The translations under genes and the position numbers were made by a program. A stretch of DNA of 64,000 bases, taken from the IMG/VR virus record IMGVR_UViG_3300036770_008730, one strand, 5' to 3'. Position 1 is the stretch's first letter, and every line of letters starts with the position of its first letter. Below are positions 1-8,688 of this stretch, in pieces. The notes under the pieces were generated by a model. It made no database searches, was not told the DNA's origin, and saw only the letters and a list, made by a program, of their open reading frames with translations. The DNA comes from a virus (Duplodnaviria > Caudoviricetes).

Positions 1-59
1 TTCTAAATGTCGTTGGAATAAGAAATTAAATAAACCAATTTATTGTAAATCTTGTAAAT

Positions 60-719
60 CTAAGTTACCTTAATTGATTTGAAATCTAAAGTTGGTAAAA
101 CTTCTTTTATTACCTTAGTTGCTTTTTTGATATATTTTGCTTTATCATCATAAAAGATTGCTTTCTGAAATCCTGTTTCTTTTATAATCTCAACTATCTT
201 TTCTCCTTTCCAGTGTCCTGCATTTTTTCTACCAACTGGCATCATATGTAGTCCATATTTAGGTAATTCTAATCCTAATGTTTTTAAAGTCTGAGATACT
301 TTATCTCTCATAGTTTCAACTCTTGCTGTCACAATACACTTCTCTTCTACTGATTTGTATAATTTTACCATTTCGTCTTTAACTGTTGTTGGTAAGCTAA
401 TATTTGACAAATAAAACTCATTTGGACTTACCATATAGATTCTCTTACCTTTTCTAACCCAATAATCTTGTATCTCTGGTATAGACATTTCTGGATCTTC
501 GATAAAGATTCTTCCATTTTCCCATTTCAATTCTTGCTGACTTCTCTTAATTTTTTTCAATGATAGGTCTATGATTTCACCTACGGTGAGATCCTCCTTT
601 AAATATTCGATTGCTAATTCTTCAAAATCCGGACTTTCAACTAAAGTATCATCAAAGTCAAAAATATAGAGAGTGTCTTTATTCTCTACAAATTCAAAAT
701 ATTTTTTAATCTTTGTCAT
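60..719 (-). CDS. HAD-superfamily phosphatase-like protein with N-terminal capsid-targeting-like motif
   Basis: FDFDDTLV (HAD motif I DxD), VTAR (motif II), K...FYDD (motifs III/IV); N-terminus MTKIKKYFEFVE. Confidence 0.7.
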   Translation of the reverse strand: MTKIKKYFEFVENKDTLYIFDFDDTLVESPDFEELAIEYLKEDLTVGEIIDLSLKKIKRSQQELKWENGRIFIEDPEMSIPEIQDYWVRKGKRIYMVSPNEFYLSNISLPTTVKDEMVKLYKSVEEKCIVTARVETMRDKVSQTLKTLGLELPKYGLHMMPVGRKNAGHWKGEKIVEIIKETGFQKAIFYDDKAKYIKKATKVIKEVLPTLDFKSIKVT

Positions 720-888
720 TGAAAAACTCGTCTATAAGACCACTATAATTTGTTCCAAAGTGTTCTATACACTTATTATATATTTCTTCTTCAAGTTCGA
801 TTCCTTCTTGAATTAGTCTTTTTACAAAATTTTCAATATCTTCAACTGAGTTGTAGATGTTGAATTCGTCATAGTCGTGAATTAGCAT
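706..888 (-). CDS. hypothetical protein (start refined from 936 to the ATG at 888)
   Basis: ORF track 706..936; the AAATATATAAG element lies inside the longer ORF upstream of ATG 888 (MLIHDYDEF). Confidence 0.55.
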   Translation of the reverse strand: MLIHDYDEFNIYNSVEDIENFVKRLIQEGIELEEEIYNKCIEHFGTNYSGLIDEFFNDKD

Positions 889-997
889 GGTGGTTGGATT
901 ATTTTTATAACTTATATATTTATAAAAAACCAACAAAAAACCTATTTTTCAAACTAAAACAGAAAAAAAAATATAAATTTTAGAAAAAAAATTATAA

Positions 998-2668
998 TTG
1001 ATGTCATTAAAAAAAGATTTAGCTAAATACAAGCCTAGAAAAGAACAAAAAGAGGCTCTTAATTTCATTGAAACTGAATATCAGAAAAATAAACTTAACA
1101 AGTTTTTTTTACTTAATTTACCCGTTGGAGTTGGTAAGTCACACTTAGCACTTATGATTGCTGATTGGTATCGTAGGAATATAAATAAAACCGCTAAGGT
1201 TGATATTATTACTAACAGTAAGATATTGCAAGACCAATACTCAAATACTTATCAATCTGTCTGTGATTTAAAGGGTAAGGAAAACTACGAATGTGATTCT
1301 TATTCTACTTCCTGTGCTCAGGGAGCTGAGTTTAATAGACTTAACAAAACAAGTTGTGAGAATTGTCCTTATACTTATGCTAAAGATTCTTTTATTGCTG
1401 GTGATATTTCATTAACTAATTTTTATCTTTTTATACTTTATGCTATCTATAATCCTAAATTGATGGAGAATAGAGATTCTAGAGTTTTGATAGTTGATGA
1501 AAGCCATGAGTTTGATGATGTGATGTCTGATTTTATCACTATAAGAATTACTGAAGGTGTTGTAAAAAAATTCAAATTTTCAAATGAATCTGATATACTT
1601 AAAAGATTAAAAGCTGTAACTACCATAAGTCAATATATCGACTTTTTGAGATACTTGAATACTGAGATTGCTGATACTATAGAAGATATGGAAAAAGGCA
1701 TGGGTAGTCAATCAAGAAGTGTTAGACAGGATAAAAGAGACTTGAAGATTTCTAAATTACTGAAAAGTAAAAATTCCGATGTTAAGATTATGCAATTAGC
1801 ATCTGATCTTCGCCAGTATCAATTAAAAATAGAAATCTTCTTAAAAGAATATAAAGAGAATCCTAATAATTGGGTATTGGAGTCTGGTTATAATGAGAGA
1901 ATGAAACAAAAAGAACTATCATTAGAGCCAATATGGGCTTATGATTATTTAGATAAGTATGTTTTTAGTAAGTACGATATGGTTTTTCTAATGTCTGGAA
2001 CCATCCTAGATAAAAGTTTATTTTGTCAACTTAATGGACTTGATGTCACTAAGGCGGTTTATTATTCAATTGGTTCTCCATTTCCTCTTAAAAATAGGAT
2101 GATATACTATATGCCTTTGGGCAAGATGTCTTATAAAAGTAAAGAAGATACATTTCAAAGATATATCCCTTATATCAAAAAACTATTGGATAAATATAAA
2201 AACAAAAAAGGTATCATACATACCAACTCTTTTGAATTGGCTAGATGGATTGAAGAAAAAATTAAAGATCCAAGGTTAATTTTTCATGATTCTTCAAATA
2301 AAGATGAGATGTTGAAGATGCATAAGGAATCCGAAGAAGCTACAGTAATAGTTAGTCCTTCTATGGATACTGGCGTTTCGTTTGATAATGATGATGCTAG
2401 ATTTCAAATTATTGCAAAAGTTCCTTATCCTAGTTTAGCATCACAGAAAAACAAATTAAGACAATCTAATAATCCTGAATGGTATTCTTGGAAAACAGTT
2501 TCTGGATTGATACAAATGACTGGTAGACCTGTTAGATCTCATTTAGACTATGCTGATACTATTATCTTAGATGGTTCTTTTGGAGATGTGATGAAGCATT
2601 CTTCAAAGTTTTTACCTGATTGGTTACAGGAGGCAATAAAAAGAATTAATGTAAAAATAGAAGCATAA
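998..2668 (+). CDS. DinG/XPD(Rad3)-like SF2 helicase
   Basis: Walker A-like PVGVGKS, DESH motif II, SGT motif III, Cys cluster C..S..C...C..CPY (possible Fe-S), C-terminal G.SF...ARFQII.K.PYP and QMTGRPVR typical of helicase_C_2. Confidence 0.85.
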   Translation: MMSLKKDLAKYKPRKEQKEALNFIETEYQKNKLNKFFLLNLPVGVGKSHLALMIADWYRRNINKTAKVDIITNSKILQDQYSNTYQSVCDLKGKENYECDSYSTSCAQGAEFNRLNKTSCENCPYTYAKDSFIAGDISLTNFYLFILYAIYNPKLMENRDSRVLIVDESHEFDDVMSDFITIRITEGVVKKFKFSNESDILKRLKAVTTISQYIDFLRYLNTEIADTIEDMEKGMGSQSRSVRQDKRDLKISKLLKSKNSDVKIMQLASDLRQYQLKIEIFLKEYKENPNNWVLESGYNERMKQKELSLEPIWAYDYLDKYVFSKYDMVFLMSGTILDKSLFCQLNGLDVTKAVYYSIGSPFPLKNRMIYYMPLGKMSYKSKEDTFQRYIPYIKKLLDKYKNKKGIIHTNSFELARWIEEKIKDPRLIFHDSSNKDEMLKMHKESEEATVIVSPSMDTGVSFDNDDARFQIIAKVPYPSLASQKNKLRQSNNPEWYSWKTVSGLIQMTGRPVRSHLDYADTIILDGSFGDVMKHSSKFLPDWLQEAIKRINVKIEA

Positions 2669-2670
2669 AA

Positions 2671-2700
2671 AAATCCACCTTAAAGGTGGATTTATTTTTT
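2671..2700. terminator. bidirectional intrinsic terminator
   Basis: AAATCCACC-ttaaa-GGTGGATTT flanked by A and T runs between convergent genes. Confidence 0.8.
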
Positions 2701-3538
2701 AGTTTAGACTGGGTTTTGCTACATTTCCAGTATTTATTTTAGATTTTATAAAGTCTAAGTATTTAATAACATTTTCTGGTTTTTTAACTTTTTGACCTTT
2801 TACTAAATTACTTAGTCTATCGACTGCATCATAAGCTGTTGTTCTTTTTAAAGTTTTCAAATCAGTTTCTACATCTTTAGTTTCGTCAAAGTTTAATTCC
2901 GATTTGGCTTGATTCATTAGTCTTGTTCTTGTTCCTTCTCCAGGAGAATCATTTTTACCAAGTTTTTTTTGTTGAACTTTCCAAGCTGTAACTAATTCTT
3001 TGTATCTTTTTTCTACTTCGGGATTGGTTTTTTGTTGATTTTTTGATACTTCGGACTGTGCTTGTTTCATTAATCTAGCTCTCGTACCTTGTCCAGGAGA
3101 TTCGTTCTTTCCAAGTTTTTTTTGTTCAGCTTTCCATTTTGATACTAACTCTTTATACTTTGCATCTACATCTGAATTTAGTTTAGAATTTCCATCAACC
3201 CCGGGGGTTTCTTGTTTTGAATTTTCAGATTCTGCTTGTGAATTTACCTCTTCTGGCTTAACATCCTCTGGCTTAACATCCTCTGGCTTAGACTCAGATG
3301 GTTTGTTATTCTGATCTTTTTTAGGATCTTTCCATCCTTTGACCTCTCCTTTTTTACCTACAAACATTTTTCCAATGGGTTTTCCAGTTTCATCAACCTC
3401 TTGAAATTTCAATACTTGAGGATTTTGAGGAATACTTCCCACAACTTTAACTTTTTTACCATTAATTAACCAGAACTTACCTTTTTCAAAAAAGTTTACC
3501 GCCTCATTGAACATTTCGTATTTATTCAGATACTTCAT
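2699..3538 (-). CDS. hypothetical protein with internal repeats and capsid-targeting-like N-terminus (start refined to 3538)
   Basis: MKYLNKYEMFNE; KPEDV x3; two copies of YKELV..WK..QKKLGKN.SPG.GTR.RLM.QA.SE. Confidence 0.7.
   Translation of the reverse strand: MKYLNKYEMFNEAVNFFEKGKFWLINGKKVKVVGSIPQNPQVLKFQEVDETGKPIGKMFVGKKGEVKGWKDPKKDQNNKPSESKPEDVKPEDVKPEEVNSQAESENSKQETPGVDGNSKLNSDVDAKYKELVSKWKAEQKKLGKNESPGQGTRARLMKQAQSEVSKNQQKTNPEVEKRYKELVTAWKVQQKKLGKNDSPGEGTRTRLMNQAKSELNFDETKDVETDLKTLKRTTAYDAVDRLSNLVKGQKVKKPENVIKYLDFIKSKINTGNVAKPSLN
3252..3290. repeat. 15-nt tandem repeat, about 2.6 copies, encoding KPEDV repeats
   Basis: tctggcttaacatcc tctggcttaacatcc tctggctta. Confidence 0.9.
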
Positions 3539-3542
3539 AATG

Positions 3543-4055
3543 TTATTTTTTCTTTTTTGCTTCAATAGCTTTTAATAAAGCTGGTGGTAATTTTTTCTTC
3601 TGTTTATCTGAGGCCTTAGAATCTTTTTCATCTTTTTTACCACCTTTTTTCTTATTCTCTATTGCAGCTGCAATAAAGTCACCTTTTGTGATTTTATTTT
3701 CTGGTGGATATTTTTTTGCTAATTCCTTTTCTTTTTCATTTTTTGGATTTTTTCCTTCTGATTTTTTCTCAAGAAAAGAATTGAATTTTTCAACATATAC
3801 CGGATTTCCCATACTTGGTGTTGAAGGATCATTTTCTGAACCAATTACTTCATCTCCCCAAAAACGGTCTTCTTCCTCCTCATATCCTTCTTCATCTTCA
3901 CCGGTTCCACAAGGTTTACATTCTTCTTCCTTTTCCTCTTCTGGTGTGTTTGGTCTAGTTAAATTTGGAAATCCATTAGGATTTGTTTCTTCTTCACTAA
4001 ATCTACCATAGTCTGGTTGATTGAGGAAATTTTCGAATGCTTTTATGTGTCTCAT
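3543..4055 (-). CDS. hypothetical acidic/basic low-complexity protein with capsid-targeting-like N-terminus
   Basis: MRHIKAFENFLN; TAATATATA upstream; Glu-rich middle and Lys-rich tail. Confidence 0.7.
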   Translation of the reverse strand: MRHIKAFENFLNQPDYGRFSEEETNPNGFPNLTRPNTPEEEKEEECKPCGTGEDEEGYEEEEDRFWGDEVIGSENDPSTPSMGNPVYVEKFNSFLEKKSEGKNPKNEKEKELAKKYPPENKITKGDFIAAAIENKKKGGKKDEKDSKASDKQKKKLPPALLKAIEAKKKK

Positions 4056-4111
4056 GTTTAAGTGATAATTTTTATAAAGTATATATTATTTTTTTATTTT
4101 CATTTTTCCTA

Positions 4112-4124
4112 TTTTAATATATAA
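4112..4124 (+). promoter_or_regulatory. phage-specific (probably late) promoter motif TTTAATATATA, representative copy
   Basis: Same or near-identical motif shortly upstream of many starts, e.g. 4055-, 5231+, 14967-, 17071+, 25464-, 26801-, 26887+, 34393+, 36753-, 37519-, 38408-, 44855+, 46809-, 52842-, 53737+, 60569+, 63306+. Confidence 0.7.
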
Positions 4125-4129
4125 GACAA

Positions 4130-5104
4130 ATGAGATTATTAAGATTTTTAGATTTTATTCTGGAAGCCGCATCTGATAAGTTACTTCCTTTCAGAGCTAG
4201 TAGTGATTTCGAAAAGAAAATAGATGAGATAGACTCTGCAATAGCTACTAAGTTTAGTCAGTATATTAGGTCTAGATACCCAAGTAAGTATACTCTAATA
4301 ACCATTTCAGATGAGGGAAATATTCAATACTCGGACTCTTATAGAGTAGATGAGTTTAAACAAAAAGAACTTGGTGAAGGATATCCTACTGATAGGTGGT
4401 TGAATTATTTCCCACCAAATCCATCAGATGAGATATTTTCTTATCGTAGGATTGAAATAGGTGTTGGTAAATTTATTAATAAAATATTCCCGGGTGATTT
4501 TAGCGCATCTGAAATAGAAAATTTTGTGAATCAATGGAGATCTTTAAGTGAAGTTCGCCCCAATTTTGAATTATGGTCTGGATATGAAATAAGAAGAGGT
4601 TATAGGTCCACTAACTATCATTATACAGATACTAATATGAATACTCTTATGAACTCATGTATGAATGATCAATTAGATTGTATAGAGATGTATGAGTATT
4701 GTCCTGAGTTAAGACTTTTGGTTTTATTGGATGATAATAATCACATACTTGGTAGGGCCCTAATTTGGAAAGACCATCAAGGTAGGTATATAATGGATAG
4801 AGTTTATTATGTTTATGATAGTGATTATCATAAATTCTTAAAATACGCTAAAGAGAATGGTTGGTGGTATAAAAAAAGAAATATAAGCGGTGGTTCATCT
4901 TTTATCAAAGATGATAAAGAAATGAGTCTCGATACAAAAGTGAGAGTTCCTGATGTATTTGATGCTGAATATAGAGGTGATAAATTTCCATATATGGATA
5001 CTTTTTTCTATGCTCAGGGAGAATGGGCATATAATAATCCACCGGATGAGGGTAGATATTTAAAATTGACCGATACCGAAGGTGGATTTGAAATATTCGA
5101 TTAG
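4130..5104 (+). CDS. conserved phage protein of unknown function, paralog of 50870..51832
   Basis: MRLLRFLDFILE; shared blocks NSCM, RAL.W, MDR.Y, PY.DTF. Confidence 0.75.
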   Translation: MRLLRFLDFILEAASDKLLPFRASSDFEKKIDEIDSAIATKFSQYIRSRYPSKYTLITISDEGNIQYSDSYRVDEFKQKELGEGYPTDRWLNYFPPNPSDEIFSYRRIEIGVGKFINKIFPGDFSASEIENFVNQWRSLSEVRPNFELWSGYEIRRGYRSTNYHYTDTNMNTLMNSCMNDQLDCIEMYEYCPELRLLVLLDDNNHILGRALIWKDHQGRYIMDRVYYVYDSDYHKFLKYAKENGWWYKKRNISGGSSFIKDDKEMSLDTKVRVPDVFDAEYRGDKFPYMDTFFYAQGEWAYNNPPDEGRYLKLTDTEGGFEIFD

Positions 5105-5230
5105 TGGATCAAAAACAAATAACGAGATACCTGTGAAAAAATCGAATACTTTGTGATTGGTCAAATGGTGCTATTCTCAAATATTTAGTGATGATAAATT
5201 TAACTCTCAAAAAAAATAATATATACATTC

Positions 5231-6214
5231 GTGCAAATAAAAAGATATAGTCAGTATTCACTTGAGGAAAGTTTAGTTGATGATTTCTTATCGTCTTTTA
5301 ATGATTTACTTGTTGAATCTAGTGGTTCTGATACTGATGAGTTACAACAACAGATAATATCGAGATTCAAAGAAAGATTTGGAGAAGTAACTCCTTCTAA
5401 TCAAGATTTTGCAGACTTTTATCACGAACTTCGAAACGAAGGTATAGATGGTATACTTATTTTTAACACTTTAGATCCATTTTTAAAAGAACCTGAAGAA
5501 AAGTCAGGAACAGGAACATTAACTGATTCATATAAAAGAGTAGAAAAAAAAGTTCTTTCTGATTTAAGACTTGATACTAAGTTAGCTTTAACATTTGGTG
5601 CAGGTATTGGTGCTATGTATCCTATAGTTTCCAAGTTGATGCAGAATATGAATATAAACTCAATCGAATTAACTACCGAGACGGTTGTCCTTTTGACAAT
5701 TGCTGCTTTAACAATAGTTTATTTAGAGGAAAAGAAAGATATATCAGTTGAAGAAAGAGAAAAACTAACAAAGGATTCTAAGTCAATGTTGGAGGAATTA
5801 AGGATGAGAAGTATAGGTGATGGTATTGTTAAAAAGATTATTAAAGCACTTACTTCGGTCAAAAATATATTCTCACTTATTGGTAAACATATAGGTGCTG
5901 TCATAGGTGGTATAATTGATATGTTTTCATATACGGCTATTCTTATTCCAATTATGAATGCTATTTTATTCTTAATAGGTAAATATGAACTAACACCAGA
6001 TACAATAGTTCAAAACTTCTTTTCACTTGGTATGGGTGTTGCGTCTAAGATAGCTAAACATGGATTGGTAGAATTAATAAGTAAGTTAAAGAATAGATTA
6101 AATATTAATAAAGATAAAGTTTTAGACGAGATAGAAACTCCAGTTATTCAAAGGTTTTCAAATTATATAGATCAAGATCCTAAACAAGATGGTGAATTGA
6201 TTAAGGAGCAATAG
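5231..6214 (+). CDS. putative membrane protein with capsid-targeting-like N-terminus (GTG start)
   Basis: MQIKRYSQYSLEE; hydrophobic segments LALTFGAGIGAMYPIV, VVLLTIAALTIVYL, IGAVIGGIIDMFSYTAILIPIMNAILFLIG. Confidence 0.65.
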   Translation: MQIKRYSQYSLEESLVDDFLSSFNDLLVESSGSDTDELQQQIISRFKERFGEVTPSNQDFADFYHELRNEGIDGILIFNTLDPFLKEPEEKSGTGTLTDSYKRVEKKVLSDLRLDTKLALTFGAGIGAMYPIVSKLMQNMNINSIELTTETVVLLTIAALTIVYLEEKKDISVEEREKLTKDSKSMLEELRMRSIGDGIVKKIIKALTSVKNIFSLIGKHIGAVIGGIIDMFSYTAILIPIMNAILFLIGKYELTPDTIVQNFFSLGMGVASKIAKHGLVELISKLKNRLNINKDKVLDEIETPVIQRFSNYIDQDPKQDGELIKEQ

Positions 6215-6277
6215 TTTTTTTGATGAAACTTAAATGGTAGATTTTATATAATATAAAAACATAAACTATTTAACATA

Positions 6278-7612
6278 ATGACTCCTCAACTTGAAAAAGT
6301 ATTTTTTTCATTTATTTTACAGAATAAAAAGTATTTTGAAATAGTTAAGCCTTATTTTTTCAGAAATTCTGAAATTCAATTTGTCTATGGTGTTATCAGA
6401 AGTTACATACTAAAAAACTCTGATACTCAAATACCAACTCCAAGACAAATTTTAGATATGGTGACTTTAGAGGATAAAGAAGGAGTTATCACCAAAGAGA
6501 TTCTTAAATCTATGCTTCAAGTTAATTTGAAAGAATATGATGAAAAGAATTTTACTGAACCTAAATTTAATGCATGGGTTCTATCTAACAGACTTAAAAC
6601 AGGAACTGTTGATATTATAGATGAAACTAGAAATTTAGATTCTATTTCCGATTTTGAAAAGGCTATTGAGGCTGCTGATAAAATCAAAGCAATTGTAGAA
6701 GAAATGTCTTCTACAAATTTTGTTCAAGATGATGATATGGGATCTGACTTTGATGAACCAGAAAATCACGTTCAAGATTCTTCAAAATTTAAAGTTAAAT
6801 GTGGATTTGAAACTATTGACCATATGTTAGGTGGTGGTTGGGATATTTCAACACTAAATGTTGTAATGGCTGAGACCAATAATGGTAAATCACTTTGGAT
6901 GCAGAATTTTGCAGTTAAATCGGCTGATATGGGTTCAAATGTTCTTTATATAACACTTGAAATGAGTGAGAGAAAGGTAATGAAACGTGTTGGTGCGATG
7001 AGGTTAAAAATTCCCATCAATGACTATGATAGATTGTCAAAAGATACTGAGATGATTAAGAAAAGAATACAAAGTCTTTCTAAGTCTGATAGCGCGGGTG
7101 GCGATCTTTTTGATAAAAAAGTTGGTAAAATAATAACTAAGTTCTGGGCAGCTGGAACTGCAACAGTTTCTGATTTTGATAATTATTTACAAAAACTTAA
7201 AGAGAAAAAAGATATAAAAATAGACCTTGTTATTGTTGATTATATAACACTGCTATCCGCTCCTAAAGGACTGGGTGCTGATAATCTTTATACTAAGGGT
7301 AAGGCTTTAGCTGAAGGATTAAGAGCGTTAGGTGCTAAATATAAACTTCCTGTGATAACAGGAGTTCAAGTGGCAAAAGATGCTTGGAACTCATCTGATA
7401 TAACATTGGAAAGTGTTCCGGAATCTAAAGCAATAGCAGAGACAGCAGATACTTTCTTTGCTATAATAAGAACAGAAGAAATGAAAAGAGTAAACTTATA
7501 TAGATTTAAGCTTTTAAAACAAAGAGATGGTGATTTTCTAAAATCTCAAGTAAAATTGAATTTGAATTCAACTTATTTGACATTAGAAAATGATCAATTC
7601 TTAGACCAATAA
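6278..7612 (+). CDS. dnaB: replicative DNA helicase, DnaB/T4 gp41-like
   Basis: Walker A AETNNGKS, YITLEM, VIVDY Walker B, Q-motif ITGVQ, K.R arginine finger LLKQRDG. Confidence 0.85.
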   Translation: MTPQLEKVFFSFILQNKKYFEIVKPYFFRNSEIQFVYGVIRSYILKNSDTQIPTPRQILDMVTLEDKEGVITKEILKSMLQVNLKEYDEKNFTEPKFNAWVLSNRLKTGTVDIIDETRNLDSISDFEKAIEAADKIKAIVEEMSSTNFVQDDDMGSDFDEPENHVQDSSKFKVKCGFETIDHMLGGGWDISTLNVVMAETNNGKSLWMQNFAVKSADMGSNVLYITLEMSERKVMKRVGAMRLKIPINDYDRLSKDTEMIKKRIQSLSKSDSAGGDLFDKKVGKIITKFWAAGTATVSDFDNYLQKLKEKKDIKIDLVIVDYITLLSAPKGLGADNLYTKGKALAEGLRALGAKYKLPVITGVQVAKDAWNSSDITLESVPESKAIAETADTFFAIIRTEEMKRVNLYRFKLLKQRDGDFLKSQVKLNLNSTYLTLENDQFLDQ

Positions 7613-7629
7613 AAAATAAGAAAAAACAT

Positions 7630-8583
7630 ATGGCTAAAAAAATTAGACATGATGAGGATGACTTTGAAGATGAATTAGAATCTGAAGAATCCGAAGAAAA
7701 TACAGAACTTGTTGAGGAAGAACCAGAAGAAGAATCTGAATCAGAGATAAAGATAGACGATGATGATGAAAATATCGATATTGTAATTGAAATTGACGAT
7801 GAAGATATTAATGATTTATCAACTAGTGATGAACCTCAGAAAGAAGAAGAGGAATCAGATATTGTTTTATCTAAACACAAAATAGAAGGTAAACACACCT
7901 TAAAATATGATTCTATTTTCAAAGGAAAAAAAGAAGATCCTTTAGATGAGAATGATCCAGATAATAATGGTTATACTGGTAATTATTTTAAAGAAACAAT
8001 AGAAGTTGATAAGGCTTCAAACTACTACTTTGAATCTATTGATAATGAGGCTTATATTAGGTCAAAGTTGGTTAAAGAAAGAGTCTATTTGGTTCTTAGT
8101 GAAAGAACTTCACTCAATTTCCTAAACAATAGAAGAAAGCCTTCAAGAGTTGACTTTAATAATTATTACTCGTTGTTAAAAACAAACCTTACAGAAGAGA
8201 GTTTTACCAACATAGAGTTATTTAATGAGTTGTCGGTTTATTTCTCTGATAATTTATTCAACATGTTCAAGTTGTTAGATAACAAATGGAGAAATTTAAT
8301 AATAACTGAGTTACAAGAGCATATTGGTAAGAGCTCTAATTCTAAAGAGATTACGAATAGAAATATTTATCCAGGAACAGAGATTGAATTTACTTATGAG
8401 GATTATGATGGACCTAAACATATAACAGGAGATGTAGTCGACTGTGATTATAAAAACTCAATGTTTAAAGTAAACTCATATGAAAGAATTTATGAAATAA
8501 ATATTGATGATATAACTAAAATTTTAAATAATACGAAATTTAAGTATAACCTCAATAAACTTAATAACATAGATTTTCTATAA
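7630..8583 (+). CDS. hypothetical protein with very acidic N-terminus
   Basis: 317-aa ORF co-oriented between helicase and nrdA; D/E-rich first ~80 aa. Confidence 0.7.
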   Translation: MAKKIRHDEDDFEDELESEESEENTELVEEEPEEESESEIKIDDDDENIDIVIEIDDEDINDLSTSDEPQKEEEESDIVLSKHKIEGKHTLKYDSIFKGKKEDPLDENDPDNNGYTGNYFKETIEVDKASNYYFESIDNEAYIRSKLVKERVYLVLSERTSLNFLNNRRKPSRVDFNNYYSLLKTNLTEESFTNIELFNELSVYFSDNLFNMFKLLDNKWRNLIITELQEHIGKSSNSKEITNRNIYPGTEIEFTYEDYDGPKHITGDVVDCDYKNSMFKVNSYERIYEINIDDITKILNNTKFKYNLNKLNNIDFL

Positions 8584-8688
8584 AAAAATTTATATTTTAA
8601 CTTATAAAAAACCTCAAAAAAATAAAAAAAACAAAATTTTCATTTGAAAATTTACACATATATAATAGACAAAAAAAATTAAAATAGC

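Noticed and set aside
3688-4011. 107-aa Ser/Phe-rich ORF
   Set aside because: Antisense shadow of the Glu/Lys-rich gene 3543..4055
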